A stretch of 64,000 nt of DNA from Octopus vulgaris (Eukaryota): the NCBI GenBank assembly GCA_951406725.2, contig OX597815.1:41912001-41976000 (forward strand). Reading direction: 5' to 3'. The translations under genes and the position numbers were made by a program. Positions 1 to 12,914 of the stretch are shown piece after piece. Under the pieces are notes generated by a model. The model saw only the letters and a program-made list of their open reading frames with translations, was not told the origin of the DNA and did no database searches. Position 1 is the first letter of the stretch. The number at the start of each line of letters is the position of its first letter.

Positions 1-260
1 GCCAACCAGTCGAGTGATCTTTCTTCGAGAGTCTGCAGGTGTAGCGGTAGCACCGTCCCAGGGGTGGGAGCAGTACTCCAATGAGGGTTGATATCTGTTG
101 GAGTTTGAAGTATTTTCCAGCTCTAAAGAGAAAGGCCAGTACTTCAGATCCAAACATATGTTAAAGATGTACGTTCGCCAGGAGAAATCTTCAATCATTT
201 TGACGTTTACCATTTGGATGTCAAGATAGCTATAGTTGCGTGGTGCACTGTTTATTGGTA
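1..260 (-). mobile_element. Decayed LINE RT C-terminal fragment (Jockey/CR1/L2-like), runs off the window edge
   Basis: Frameshifted peptides EDFSWRTYIFNI / FLFRAGKYF / QPSLEYCSHPWDGA resemble the DLSW..HI and RP.LEYCS..W LINE motifs. Confidence 0.65.
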
Positions 261-3200
261 GTAAGGTGCAGTTATTTGTTGTTATTGTTTACATTTTACT
301 GTCAAAGAAAACAAAACTAGCATAACTCTATAGGGGCGTTCAAAGTTTCTGTGCAGATTTAACATGAAGTGTCTTGGATACATGGGAATGGTTCATAGAT
401 GCGATGTCAAGATAGCAGAAGTGTAGGACGTTGTTGTGAGAGACGGTCTATAAGAGGAAAAGTGTGGGAAGAAAAACCGGACCCCCAGCGGTGCTGTGGC
501 TCAGAAAAGCAGTCAAAATCTCATATCTCAACCTACCAATTTGAATTAAAAAAAAAAAAAAAGACAACAGATAATGTAGACTTTAAAACCTTTGAAAAGA
601 CAGGGCAGTCACGGCTGGAATAACTTTGATTACAGATTACCTTGATCAGAGATGACCCGGGGTTAATATACAACAAATTGTCATGTTCTTTCTCTACCAA
701 ATTTTGTGAGGGGAAAGAGTAATTTATAATACATCTTTTTAGGCACTTTTCTGTTTGGCTACTTTTAATAGTTATCTAAGTCGGTAGGAAGAAACTTCCA
801 AACGAAGGTTAGGGTCAATAAAAATTTAAGCATTTTACCGGTCCAATGAAAGATAACATCGTCATTAACAGGATTCAAATAGCAAGTCTACGGATTAATT
901 TTCGCGCCAATTACTCTTACAGGACGTTTATGTTGTAAATAGTTTTTGACCGTAATGTTTGTTTCTAACTTTGGGTAAGGCTACAAATTTTGGAAGTGAG
1001 TACAATTTAATTTGCCACAACGAAGTTTTCAGATCCATTTCATAAAATGTAGCATCAAATTTTCAAAGGAAGCAGCCCAACATTAAAAAATATATAAATA
1101 AGGATTGCCTGTTGGGCCGTTCTAATTAATTAGTAATTTAGTATGATATTCAATAGGATACATATTTTTTAAAATTAAAATTTTAAGTTACAAATATCCA
1201 ACTTTGCTCAAGAAAAGCAGCTTAATCCGCTATTTACAGCTGAATCAAGCAACTCTGGCCACAGAATTTACTATCTCTAAAAGAATGAAAATAAAACCTG
1301 ATGAGAATAAAAGCACAGCAAGGCATTTCCTCCGGTGTTCCAGTATTTCTGCTATCCATCGCCCTGATGTCGGTTTGCATTTTTCCTTAATAATTACAGA
1401 AAGAACTACTATACTCTTATATATAGAAATATAGACTTTCTAGACTCGAAGCCAGAAATATGACAGTAAACGGTAGAACAGTCTACTATACCGATCCTTG
1501 TACTTGACTGACACTTTATTTTATTAACCACAAAAGATTGAAAGGAAAAGTTGATCTCGACAGGGTTTGAACTCGGAACGTAAAGAACCAGAGCAAATGC
1601 TGCAAAGTATAGTACTCTCCGACACACACACAGGTGAATGGACTAACGGAAGTAGTACTCAATACATTTAAACAAGAGTTATATTTTTTGTAACAACAGT
1701 TTGCTTCGGTTTGAATCAAACTGTTTATTTGATAGACAGAAATTTATAGGCAGCCTGTATATGAATGAGAACTACACAAAGAAAAATAATGCACATAGTA
1801 TAAAACACGTTGCTATATTATAAGTTTTTCTTGGTTTTATTTAGTCATCTACCCGACCACAAGCAACTTCTTGACAAGGGATACTGTTAATAGAAATACA
1901 TATTATATAGCATCATCCACGACAATTTAAAAAACAATTATTTGTATAGTTTGCATCCCAACCACATGGTACCTTGGGTGTCTTCTACTATAGTATCGGG
2001 CCGACCAAACCTTGTGAGTGGATTTGGTAGATGAAAACTGAAAGAAGCCTTTTGTATGAACATGTGTTCCCCACCACCACTTGACAACCGGCGTTAGTGT
2101 GTTTACGTCCCTGTAACTTAGCGATTCAGCAAAAGACTCCAGGTTTTTAAAAAATGTACTGGAGTCGATTCATTCAACTAAAATTTTTTCAATGCGATGC
2201 CCCGGCATAGCCGCAATCTAATGGGTGAAACCAGTGGAAGATAAAAAGATATGTTTGTAATTCAGAAGATCCCAAACGTTAACACAAACTGAATCTATTA
2301 AGATAATTTTCTCCAAATCTATTATTTTCTCAGCATCTGTTAACATAATTGTTTCGGGTTTACGATCTAAAAACCATTCATTTAAAGAACGTTTTTGCTA
2401 CTGGACGTTCCATACAATTCTGTCCTGCAAATAATATGCAAGTTATGTATGATTACTCGAAACTATTTTAAAACTTATGAGTAACAAGTGAATAAATATA
2501 TATATATATATATATTACAGAAAAAAAGCTGTATCGTTGGGTATACATACATACACATATGGGGATAGATAGATAAATAGATACGAAAGAATGCCGGTGT
2601 ATGTCATTCATGATGATGCTCAAATCCAGGGCTCCTAATTACGAAAAATAGCATTTTGTAAACAACATTAATATCAGCAACATTCAGTGTTTAGAAAAAG
2701 TTGATCAATTCTGTTTTTTTCTGTACCAATGGGGAAGCAAAATTTATAATAATAAAACTCCTGCAAAAAACGTCAAAATTACCTAGGAAGTGTGATGGCA
2801 TAACAGGTGTCAGATTGAGATAAAGCGGAATATATAGATATGAATAAAGAAAAGAAGAAAAAAGAATATACTCACTGTTATAGCTTTCTTTAGATATTAA
2901 AGGTCCTGTATCGTGGAAAGATTTAAAAACTAATCAAAAACACTAATAATCTGTAATATTCGTTCAAACTGCCGCCCAGTAAATCACTTAAAATTTTACT
3001 ATGAAATATAAAATTAGTTTCTCATTGTAAGCAGATTCCTTGACGCCACTTTCGGGTAAGTAAATAAAACTACACGTGTATACTTATTTACTCGTATGCA
3101 CATATACTTTTCTTATACGTTGCGTATAGTTGAATGTATGTGTGAGAGAGAGAAATCTCATGTCTTTGTGTATGTGTGAAAGAAAAATAATTGCTTGCCA

Positions 3201-4140
3201 GTGGTGGTGGTGGTGGGAGCTAAATGAGTATTGAAAACAAAAGACATAATAAAGTCAAAACATGTGATATGTATGAGTATATGCGAAATGAAAAAAATTT
3301 TTAGATCCTGTGCTTGGACTAAAAATATAATAAATACCATGTAGAGAGCTAAGTGACAGTTATCTGAATTTACTTTCAGTTGAGATTTACTGTTCATATG
3401 TATTCCCATAAGCAGATTCACACACACAGGCCCACATACATATATCTATACACGGAAAATACCTTAATGTAGCTATTGCGTTGGCGGGATTGTCACACCT
3501 TATTACAGTCACACAGCAGCATGTCCATATTCAAACAAATAAATACAACTTGAGTTCAGTTCACACACGTATTCTCAGCAACTGAATATATTAATTATGC
3601 AACAATGCTTTTAAAGCATTCAGAAGGAGTTCAAATCCTGCCGTGATCATCTTCGATCTTCCATTACAACGGGGAATGATAAAGTACGGGTCGGTTTTAA
3701 GTCCCCGAAACTGGAAAAATTAAAAAAACTAAAAGCAACTTATTCTGCAACAAACGTTATATTCTTATATTAAGTGTTCTAGATTTGAAGGAAATTCTAA
3801 AATAAGATTTAATTCATATATACAACATAACTTCGTACGCCAGCACATTTTTGTTATTGTTGTTGACAAATACATGTATGTAAAACTCACCACACGAAGG
3901 CGGCGAACTGACAGAATTATTACAAGGCCAAAAAAAAAATGTTTAGCCGCATTTCTCCGACTTTACGATCTGAGTTCGAATGCCGCCGCCGAAGTTCGAC
4001 ACTGTCGTTCATCTTTTCGGTTTCGATAAAAGTAGTACCAGGTGAACACTGGAGTCAATGTAATCGACTTATGCCATCCCCAAAATTGCTGAACTTTTAC
4101 CAAAATTTGAAATATACACCTATAAAGTGAGAACAATTTT

Positions 4141-4156
4141 ATACACATACACACAC

Positions 4157-4214
<58 letters not shown>

Positions 4215-4314
4215 ATATATATGTATGTATGTATATATATATGTATGTATGTATATATATATGTATGTATGTATATATATATGTATGTATATATATATAT
4301 ATGTATGTATGTAT

Positions 4315-4362
<48 letters not shown>

Positions 4363-4369
4363 GTATATG

Positions 4370-4401
<32 letters not shown>

Positions 4402-4449
4402 TGTATGTATATATATATATATGTATGTATATATATATATGTATGTATA

Positions 4450-4511
<62 letters not shown>

Positions 4512-4707
4512 GACTATTGTCCCTCTTACGTTTGGCATGTATATATATATATATGCCTCTATATATAAATTTATATATATATGTATGTATATATATATAT
4601 ATGTATGTATATATATATATATGTATGTATATATATATATATATGTATGTGTATATATATATATGTATGTATATATATATATGTATGTATATATATATAT
4701 ATGTATG

Positions 4708-4742
<35 letters not shown>

Positions 4743-4858
4743 ATATGTATATATATGTATGTGTATATATATATATGTATGTGTATATATATATATATAT
4801 GTGTGTATATATATATATATATGTGCGTATATGTATATGTGTGTGTGTTTATATATGT
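4141..4858. repeat. Compound (TA)n/(TATG)n/(TG)n microsatellite of about 720 bp
   Basis: Directly visible; source of the IYIY/MYV pseudo-ORFs. Confidence 0.98.
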
Positions 4859-5460
4859 AACCCTACTGGTACCATGTAAGGCAAGATTTCCTTCCTCACC
4901 CCACCCCATCCCCAAAAAAACACCCCTATTAAAAAAAATTTTTTTCTCTACGGACATTATGAATCTGCAAAAAAAATTGGCAAAAATCGGCATTTTGAAA
5001 TTACCCCACCTCCTTAATTCTTCATTTTAAACTTTTTTTCGGAATTTTTTTTTACAAAATATGCAGAAAAATACGGAGATTATGATTCTGAAAAAAATTT
5101 CCAAAAAGTTTTGTAAAATATTTTTTTCCCTTTTTTTTTTTTTTTTTTTTTGTCAAAATATACGGAAAGTACGGATATTAAGATTCTGAAACCAATTTCC
5201 AAAAATTTTTCTACTTATGGTTAGGGTTGGGGTTTTGGGGTTAGGGCTGCGGAAAAAGTGAAAAACATGAAGAAATTGATGGGGAATAATGGGGTGGAGG
5301 GGAAAAAATTCCGATTTCTTGCAATTTTCTGAAATCTCCGTATCCGAAAACGTGGGTTTTTGGCAAAAAAAAATTTTTTTAAACACAATAATTTGCGAGG
5401 AAATGGGCGGAGACGGGAGGAAGTCTTTCCCCACAACCTGTTCCATGGTCGGGTTGTCAG
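4859..5460. repeat. Unclassified element with poly-A/T runs and a telomere-like G-rich tract (5221-5247)
   Basis: CpG-containing, compositionally distinct block; TTAGGGTTGGGGTTTTGGGGTTAGGG. Confidence 0.4.
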
Positions 5461-5822
5461 TGACTAAACTGGTAATCCCACCAGGCTTGCTTGGTGAGGT
5501 GGGTGCTCGTTGAACACCCTGCGGGACAAAAGATAAGATCTGTCAAAGGGCGGAGGAACTCCAACGTAGTCAACGGCCATTCAACTACATGTGTTTGTGT
5601 GTGTGTATTGTATATATTGCATTTTAAACTCTGTGTGTATTGTATATAGTGTATTTCAGCATGTGTGTACATATTGTCTATTGTTTCTTTAAATTGTATA
5701 TATTGTATGTAAGTCTTATTTTTAATTTTTTCTCAGTTTTATCTCAATTTTTAATTTGTATTTCTCTTATTTTAGTTTTTTTTTTTTTTTTAATAAATAG
5801 ATTAGGGGTGGATAGAGCTCCT

Positions 5823-6690
5823 CTGTTTACCTAAGCCATGGCAAAGGCAATCTACCCAGGAGAAAGTAACTCTGAACTTAAATACTTCACTGCTGTCTTG
5901 TAGTTAGCCTTTGGTTGGGCAAAGACTGGGAGAAGGACACTCTGATATAAAACCTGCGACTGCAAATACACCCAATGATGTCAACTTGCTCTTCTTTTTG
6001 GATAATGCTTTGTAGTTTAGAGAGTGGGAATGGTTGCTGTGCAAAACTTTTCCTCACTTTAAAAAGTGTCAAGCACATGTATTGCTGGAGAGGAAAAAGA
6101 AATGGACATCTTGTATGTACATGGCTGGCTGAAGCTTAAAAAGGCACATCTAAACAATGAAAGTTCTTATTGATAATGAAGCAAATGGCAAAAAGGGCTC
6201 GGGAACATTTTGTTCTGTGGTCTGGCCTGGCAGGTATCATCCTGCAACTGTGAGTAAATTCAAGTTAAGATACAAGCCTTCTATATATATGATGCTGGAA
6301 TGTTCGAACATTATTAGACAATGATTGTCTGAAATCTCATCCAGAGAGAAGATCCACGCTTGTTGCAAAAGAGTTACAGCGATATGATATGGATGTTGTA
6401 TGTAATGTTAGCCAAAACAAGAATTCATGGAAAGGGGAATTTTTTTAGAGAAATCTGCTGGGAATCATTTATTTTGGAGTGGTAGAGAGAAAACCTATAA
6501 GAGAAAATCAGGAGTGGGATTTGCCATCAAAACCACTCTGGCTTCAAAACTTGAGAAACTACCATGTGGTCATTCGGATTGTTTAATGTCTTTAAGACTT
6601 CCATTAAGAAAAAATCGCTATGCAACACTCATAAGTGCATATGCTCCAACTATGAATTCATCAGAGGATGATAAACTTGTCTTCCTTCTT
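5823..6690 (+). mobile_element. RTE-clade LINE 5' part: probable 5' UTR plus decayed APE endonuclease
   Basis: WNVRTLLDND...PERRSTLVAKELQRYDMDVV (about 6296-6400), then FWSGR...SGVGFAIK...LMSLRLPL...ATLISAYAPTM; typical RTE endonuclease. The 5' boundary is a guess. Confidence 0.88.
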
Positions 6691-6960
6691 TCATTTGCTG
6701 TATACATAACAATCTGTGAGAGTGACCATTCTTTACCAGTTATCTATCAGGTGTAAACCATTCATTTTAATATCCAATAACCACAACCAATTTCTGAGAG
6801 GTAGGTGCTATAAGGTAGCACACTAAGATGATGGATAAAATAACTCTGGATGTTTCTCTAAAGAACATACCTATACCCAGCAGGAAGGATTATATATATA
6901 TGATCTTTTGGAGAAAACAAACCAATTTGTACATAGAATGTCGTGGAAAGTTTCCTCGCA

Positions 6961-7110
6961 GAGGATGATCCGGTTCTTGACTGAGGATAGAAAGCTTCAA
7001 ATGAGTCGTCCTTGTTTTTTTGTATCGTCTATCTGGATGTTTTGTTGTCCCTTTTTGTATCACCTAGTTGTCCGGATGTTTTGCGTTCTTGTCCCATTTT
7101 GTATTTGTAT
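6961..7110 (+). repeat. Dispersed repeat, second copy at about 45990-46130
   Basis: Near-identical GAGGATGATC.GGTTCTTGACTGAGGATAG...TTCTTGTCCCATT.TG in both places. Confidence 0.85.
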
Positions 7111-7653
7111 TTTATATATATATATATTTATATATATAGACAGACAGACAGATAGATATTTATGTGTGTATGTTTGCGTCTGATGTCGGTGTGTTTGCAT
7201 CCCTGTAACTTAGGTGGTCGACAGAAGAGACTGATAGAATAAGCACCAGGCTTACAAGTAATAAGTCCAGGGGTTGATTTCTTTGACTAAAGGGCAGTGC
7301 TCCAGCATAGCTACAGCCAAATGACTGACAAGTAAAAGAATAAATGCATACCAGAAGAACATTGCATACCACTAAACCAAGAAGGTTCTTTGAATATGTA
7401 TGATGTATTTTAAGGCTAAATAGTAATTCTATTTATGTTTGCGTAACTGAAATATTTTAGTTGGATTATATAGTTATCAGTTTTACACTTCTTTCTGTAT
7501 TCTGTAAATGTCACAATATACAAGCATTTCTCATGGCACCAGCAAACAATTTATAGATGCTTACATTTTTTAATGTTTACCATGAAGTTTTCATTGATCC
7601 AGCTAGTATATATCAAAATAATATATATATTATAATGTAATATTATTTTAGTA

Positions 7654-8390
7654 TTAATTTATTATCTTGGTATACTCCTTCATTAAGTTGACATCCTGGT
7701 CATTGAAGCTGTTGACCTTCAACTGGGTCATGACTCTGCGGAGAACAGGCCTCTTAGTCTCCAGAATGATGTTGAGGACCACCAAAAAGTCATAGGTGAA
7801 ACTCCACCTCATCGTATTGCGGACTACCAGCCTCCTCCCCACATCAGTGTAGATGCTGTCTGCTGCCACAGTGCTGCGATCTTGCTGGTTCCAGTGGGCA
7901 CATGCCTTGGCCATGGTTGTCCTGTAGGGTCTCTTGAACATGACACTCTTTTTACCCTTTTCTGGCTCTAAAAGCCTTTAAAACCCCTCAAAAGCACCAA
8001 AACTATGAAATCAGCCTTTCTTAGGTCTTTTAAAAGTTAAAACTATAAAATCACCATTTTTTAACTCTCAAGCAAAAAACTATGGTTTGGGGTTTCTGAA
8101 GCCCTTAAGAGGGCCAAAAATAGCTGAATTTATAGTTTTGGCACTTTTTAAAGGTGTTTTTATAGCAAAGACTAATTTTTTGTTTCTTTCTATAATAAAA
8201 ATGAACATTAATGGTTTATCAATAACTTCCATTATATTTTTAAATAATTAACTGATTAATGGAAGTTAAATGTAACAGAAGTTAATTAATCTGATAATGT
8301 TTTCCAAAGTAAACTTAAAAGTTAAATTGTTAACAAAAATGCCAACTTCATTAATTAACGATTAACAGATTAACGATTTGGTCTCAGGTT
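7654..8390 (-). mobile_element. hAT-superfamily DNA transposon relic (transposase fragment 7654-7941 plus subterminal repeats)
   Basis: Peptide KACAHWNQQDRSTVAADSI...VRNTMRWSFTYD resembles the hAT TRWNS region; repeated GATTAAC/GTTAA motifs at 8250-8380; internal inverted repeat about 7990-8150. Confidence 0.65.
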
Positions 8391-9170
8391 TGTATTCAAG
8401 TATATGTCATCAGCACCATCATCGTTTAATGTCTGTTTTCCATGTTGGCATGGGTTGGACAGTTTGACTGAGGACTGACTAGCCAGAAGGCTGTACCAGG
8501 CTCCAATCTGATCTGGCAAGATTTCTACAGCTGAATGCCCTTCCTAACGCTAACCACTCAGAGAGTGTAGTGGGTGATTTTTATATGACACAGGCAAGAG
8601 GACCAGTCAGGCAGTACTGGCAACACATGTATATGTATATCTATACATATATATTTGTTATATATATATATGTGTGTGTATGTATACATATATACATACA
8701 CATATATTACTCCCTCCTCTGCCACACTCTTACACCAATCATTCAGTTTCTCTAATTATGTTCTTGCTTCTTCCAGCCTCTCACCTAGTTCATCCTCTGT
8801 CATCACCCCTTCCTTTATACAGACTTCTTTTCAATGAACAGAGACAATGTAGAATAGGGAAGACTTATATTGCATGGTACAAGACAACCCTACCAGAAAT
8901 AAGTGGTGACCCCCTTCGGTCAGACACTGACCATGGGTTTGCACCTAGAGAGTTACCCTCTAAGGCACAAGTACTGGGGAGAATAAGACCAACTAGCAAA
9001 CCCAACTTCCCAGTCTTTTTTTGTCACTTGAAGGCTCCAACATAGTGAAAAATAAACTTAGAACAAATAAATAAACTCTAATCCATGGATTAAGTACTTT
9101 TTCTCTATTCATTCCTGTATTAAAAAAATAATAATTCTAAATAGATTTTTAAATGACCTAGATTGCATTT

Positions 9171-9394
9171 TAATCCCTTAGTATTTAAACTGGCCATATC
9201 CAACCCAAATATTCTACCTATTTAATGTTCAAACCAGCCAGATCTAGCCTATCACACCTACTCTACAATGTCATTTTAAAAATAAATAGCCACATCATTG
9301 AAATCTCAAAGCTGCAAGATAATGCATGATTAATTCAAAACAATAAATAAATAAGCATTGCATTTGAGAGAATAATCTGAATGCGAAAGAATTA
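9171..9394. mobile_element. TTAA-flanked MITE of about 225 bp (piggyBac-like ends); other copies about 23244-23471, 23585-23780, 37931-38152, 39050-39268
   Basis: Ends TTAA-(C)CCTT...AAG(G)-TTAA; shared body TATTCTACCTGTTT..GTTCAAAC..GCCAGATC. Confidence 0.8.
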
Positions 9395-9756
9395 AAATAT
9401 ATTTCAGTTTTTTCTTTGTATTTGAACTTAGTTTGAGTTAAACAGCAAATTTAGAGATTTGTATTGATTGTTACAGCAGGTTCCGAAGTTGAATACCAGC
9501 AAATAAAACAGAGGTTAAAATGGGACACTTTACACAGAAAATATGCGGGTATTGAGAACATGATAAAGCTGGGGTGAAAAAAAGTGTGTACATGATATTG
9601 GCTTACAGTCACATTTAGGGCAACAATGTAAGTACTATAAGAAAACAATAGAATTTCTTTACCTTTATATTTTGGTTTCAAACAGAGTTAAATTTCAGAG
9701 TGAATAAACAGAAAACAATCCACCAGAAAAAATAAATAGAATATTATAACTATAGA

Positions 9757-9924
9757 CGTAGGAGTGGCTGTGTGGTAAGTAGCTTGCTTACGAATCACAT
9801 GGTTCTGGGTTCAGTCCCACTGCGTGGCACCTTGGGCAAGTGTCTTCTACTATAGCCTCGGGCTGACCAAAGCCTTGTGAGTGGATTTGGTAGACGGAAA
9901 CTGAAAGAAGCCATCATATATATG

Positions 9925-9972
<48 letters not shown>

Positions 9973-10163
9973 TCATCATCATCATCATCATCATTTAGCG
10001 TCCGCTTTCCATGCTAGCATGGGTTGGATGGTTCAACTGGGGTCTGGGAAGCCAGAAGGCTGCACCAGGCCCAGTCTGATCTGGCAATGTTTCTACAGCT
10101 GGATGCCCTTCCTAATGCCAATCACTCTGTGAGTGTAGTGGGTGCTTTTTATGTGCCACCGGC

Positions 10164-10217
<54 letters not shown>

Positions 10218-10428
10218 ATATGTTTGTGTCTGTGTTTGTCCCCCCAATATCGCTTGACAACCGATGCTGGAGTGTTTATGTTCCCGTAACTTAGCGGTTC
10301 GGTGAAAGAGACCAATAGAATAAGTACTAGGCTTACAAAGAATAAGTCCCGAGGTCGATTTGCTCAATCGACTAAAGGCAGTGCTCCAGCATGGCCATAA
10401 TCAAATGACTGAAACAAATAAAAGAGTA
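9757..10428 (+). mobile_element. SINE family A (tRNA-like head, CORE-like CCTTGGGCAAGT, central microsatellite, 3' module) with a nested family C piece at 9971-10165. Other copies about 1960-2245, 11970-12620(-), 24487-24890(-), 30635-31105, 36945-37545(-), 44820-45205, 46255-46445, 47130-47465(-), 49808-50563(-), 57460-57620(-)
   Basis: Many similar copies in the window; head GGAGTGGCTGTGTGGTAAG...GGTTCAGTCCC with Pol III A/B-box-like motifs. Confidence 0.9.
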
Positions 10429-12179
10429 TAATATGAGTTTGTTTAGATTGTAATAATTTGAAATGTAATCCTAATCAATGCTTATGACATGATGATGTTG
10501 CGGGACTGTTGCTGCTACAAGACTATTAAACAATAGCAAAAATGCTCTTGTTGCATAAGGTTCTAAATGTAACCAACTCTATGTATTCGAATGCATTCTA
10601 AAATAAACACACATTTCATGTAAATGGCTTTGAGGAGACTATAAGATGTTGAACAAGCACTCAGATCTATGTGCAATGCTTCTTGTAACAGAAACAACTG
10701 TAAGCTAATGAAAGTGATCACATAACTCCTGCTTTTTTGTGCTTCATTAATTGATATTATGCTCTGTTCTCACCAGATGCTTCACTCTAAGTCATAAAAA
10801 TACAGAGTTGTAACAACAGGTTATTAGTATTACAACTCCTAAATAAAATCATTGTATATCTTTTGTCTTTTATCTTTTATTTGTTTCCGTCATTGGACTG
10901 TGGCCATGCTGGAGCACCACCTCAAATTTTTTTTAGTTAAATGAATCAACCCCAGGACTGATTTTTCAAAGCCTGGTACTTATTCTATCAGTCTCTTTTG
11001 CTGAACAGAAACAAACTAACACAAGTCTCTTTTGCTGAACATAAACAAACCAACTCAAGTTGGTTTGTCCAATGTAGGTGGGGACATAAAGACAGACACA
11101 TATAGATGTACACACACACACACACTGAAAATTCTTCAATCAAAGATCAAGGAGATCAAAAGTGAACTCTATAAAATTAGTTTTATTTCACAGATTTAAT
11201 ATTTTGACCAAAGAAATTTAGCTATTGCTTATTCATAACTCCTTCAAAAACAAGATATTTTCACAGAGTTGTTCACTGCCAGTATGTCTGGAGCGGCACC
11301 CCAAGGATTACTTGACCCATTTACATCATAATGTTATGGATGCTTAATATATCTAGGTTTATGCTTATACAGTGAGTAAGCATTATCTGATAGGGAACTC
11401 ATTACAAAAGATTTAGTAGGTAATTTATATCATAAATGACAGTTTCATAACACAACACCTATGAATATAAAAATGAAATGAAAGTCTATTAATTCCCTGG
11501 TGTTGACAGGTTGTGTGGTCAATTTTCTGGCTGTTAAACAAAAGCAGCTTTCTTCTATAAATTTTCTTTTTCTTTTATTCTAAACTCACATCTACCACAA
11601 ACCCTTTCAACCATCCTTAAAATATTTACAGATCAAATTCTTCAAGCATGAAACTTATCCACAAGTATGAAAATATCAAGCAAGCTGTGTCCTTCCTAGG
11701 CTTCTTCTTCACCTAATTGCTTGCTCACACTGAAGCACAAAGAAAAATTCAAGCACTCACACACCCATCTACTCATATATTTCATAAATACTGTTTTTGT
11801 TCCCTAAAACCCTACTAGAAAACTATCACTCATAAAAAATGAATGAAAATGATCTAATTTACTGGATTTGTTTAACTAAAACCTTTCAAATTAGTGCCCC
11901 AGCATGGCCACAGGGAGTCATGCAGTGGGAGTGAACCCAAAACCTCATGTTTAGGATACTCTTTATGCTTTACTCTTTTACTTGTTTCAGTCATTTGACT
12001 GGGGCCATGCTGGAACACCACCTTTAGTCGAGCTAATCGACCCCAGGACTTATTCTTTGTAAGCCTAGTACTTATTCTATCGGTCTCTTTTGCCAAACTG
12101 CTAAGTTACAGGGACGTTAACACACCAGTATTGGTTGTCTAGCGATGTTGGGAGGACAAACACAGACACACAAACACAC

Positions 12180-12223
<44 letters not shown>

Positions 12224-12914
12224 TTCTAGTTTCAGCTCAGATCTGCGGCCATGCTGATGCACCGCCATTAAAAAGTGAGAGAAAGTTGTGGCGAAAGAGT
12301 ACAACAGGGATCGCCACAACCTCCTGCTGGAGCTTCATGTAGCTTTTAGGTGTTTTCACTCAATAAACACACACAACGCCCGGTCTGGGAATCGAAACTG
12401 CGATCCTCAGACCGCGACTCCACTGCCCTAACCACTGGGCCATTGCGCCTCCATATATATATATACGACAGGCTTCTTTCAGTTTCCGTCTACCAAATCC
12501 ACTCACAAGGCTTTGGTCAGCCCAAGGCTATAGTGGAAGACACTTGCCCAAGGTGCCATGCAGTGGAACTGAACCTGGAACTATGTGGTTGGTAAGCAAG
12601 CTACTTACCACACAGCCACTCCAACTTCTTAAGCACATAGCTATTTCTCTGCCTATAGAGAAACTAAAGCTTACAGCATCTAGGTTTCTGAAGTTATTAC
12701 CTGCTTCTAAGTACTAAGCTCGATGTTGTTTAATATGACATGGCCATAAGCGTGTGTGTGTGTGTTTCACAATAAAAATGAATAGGAAATAGACAAATGA
12801 CCTGGCACTCCATCAGTTACAATGACGTGTTCCAGTTGATTTATTTAGCAGAACAGCCTGCTTGTGAAATTAACATGCAAGTGGCTGAGTACTCCACAGA
12901 AATGTGTACCCTTA

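Noticed and set aside
3963-5030. Long ORFs of 119-219 aa (IYIY/MYVC)
   Set aside because: Translations of the TA/TATG microsatellite, which lacks stop codons.
10756-10778. TATTATGCTCTGTTCTCACCAGA resembles lophotrochozoan miR-1993 as I recall it
   Set aside because: Several mismatches outside the seed and no well-paired star arm at pre-miRNA distance.
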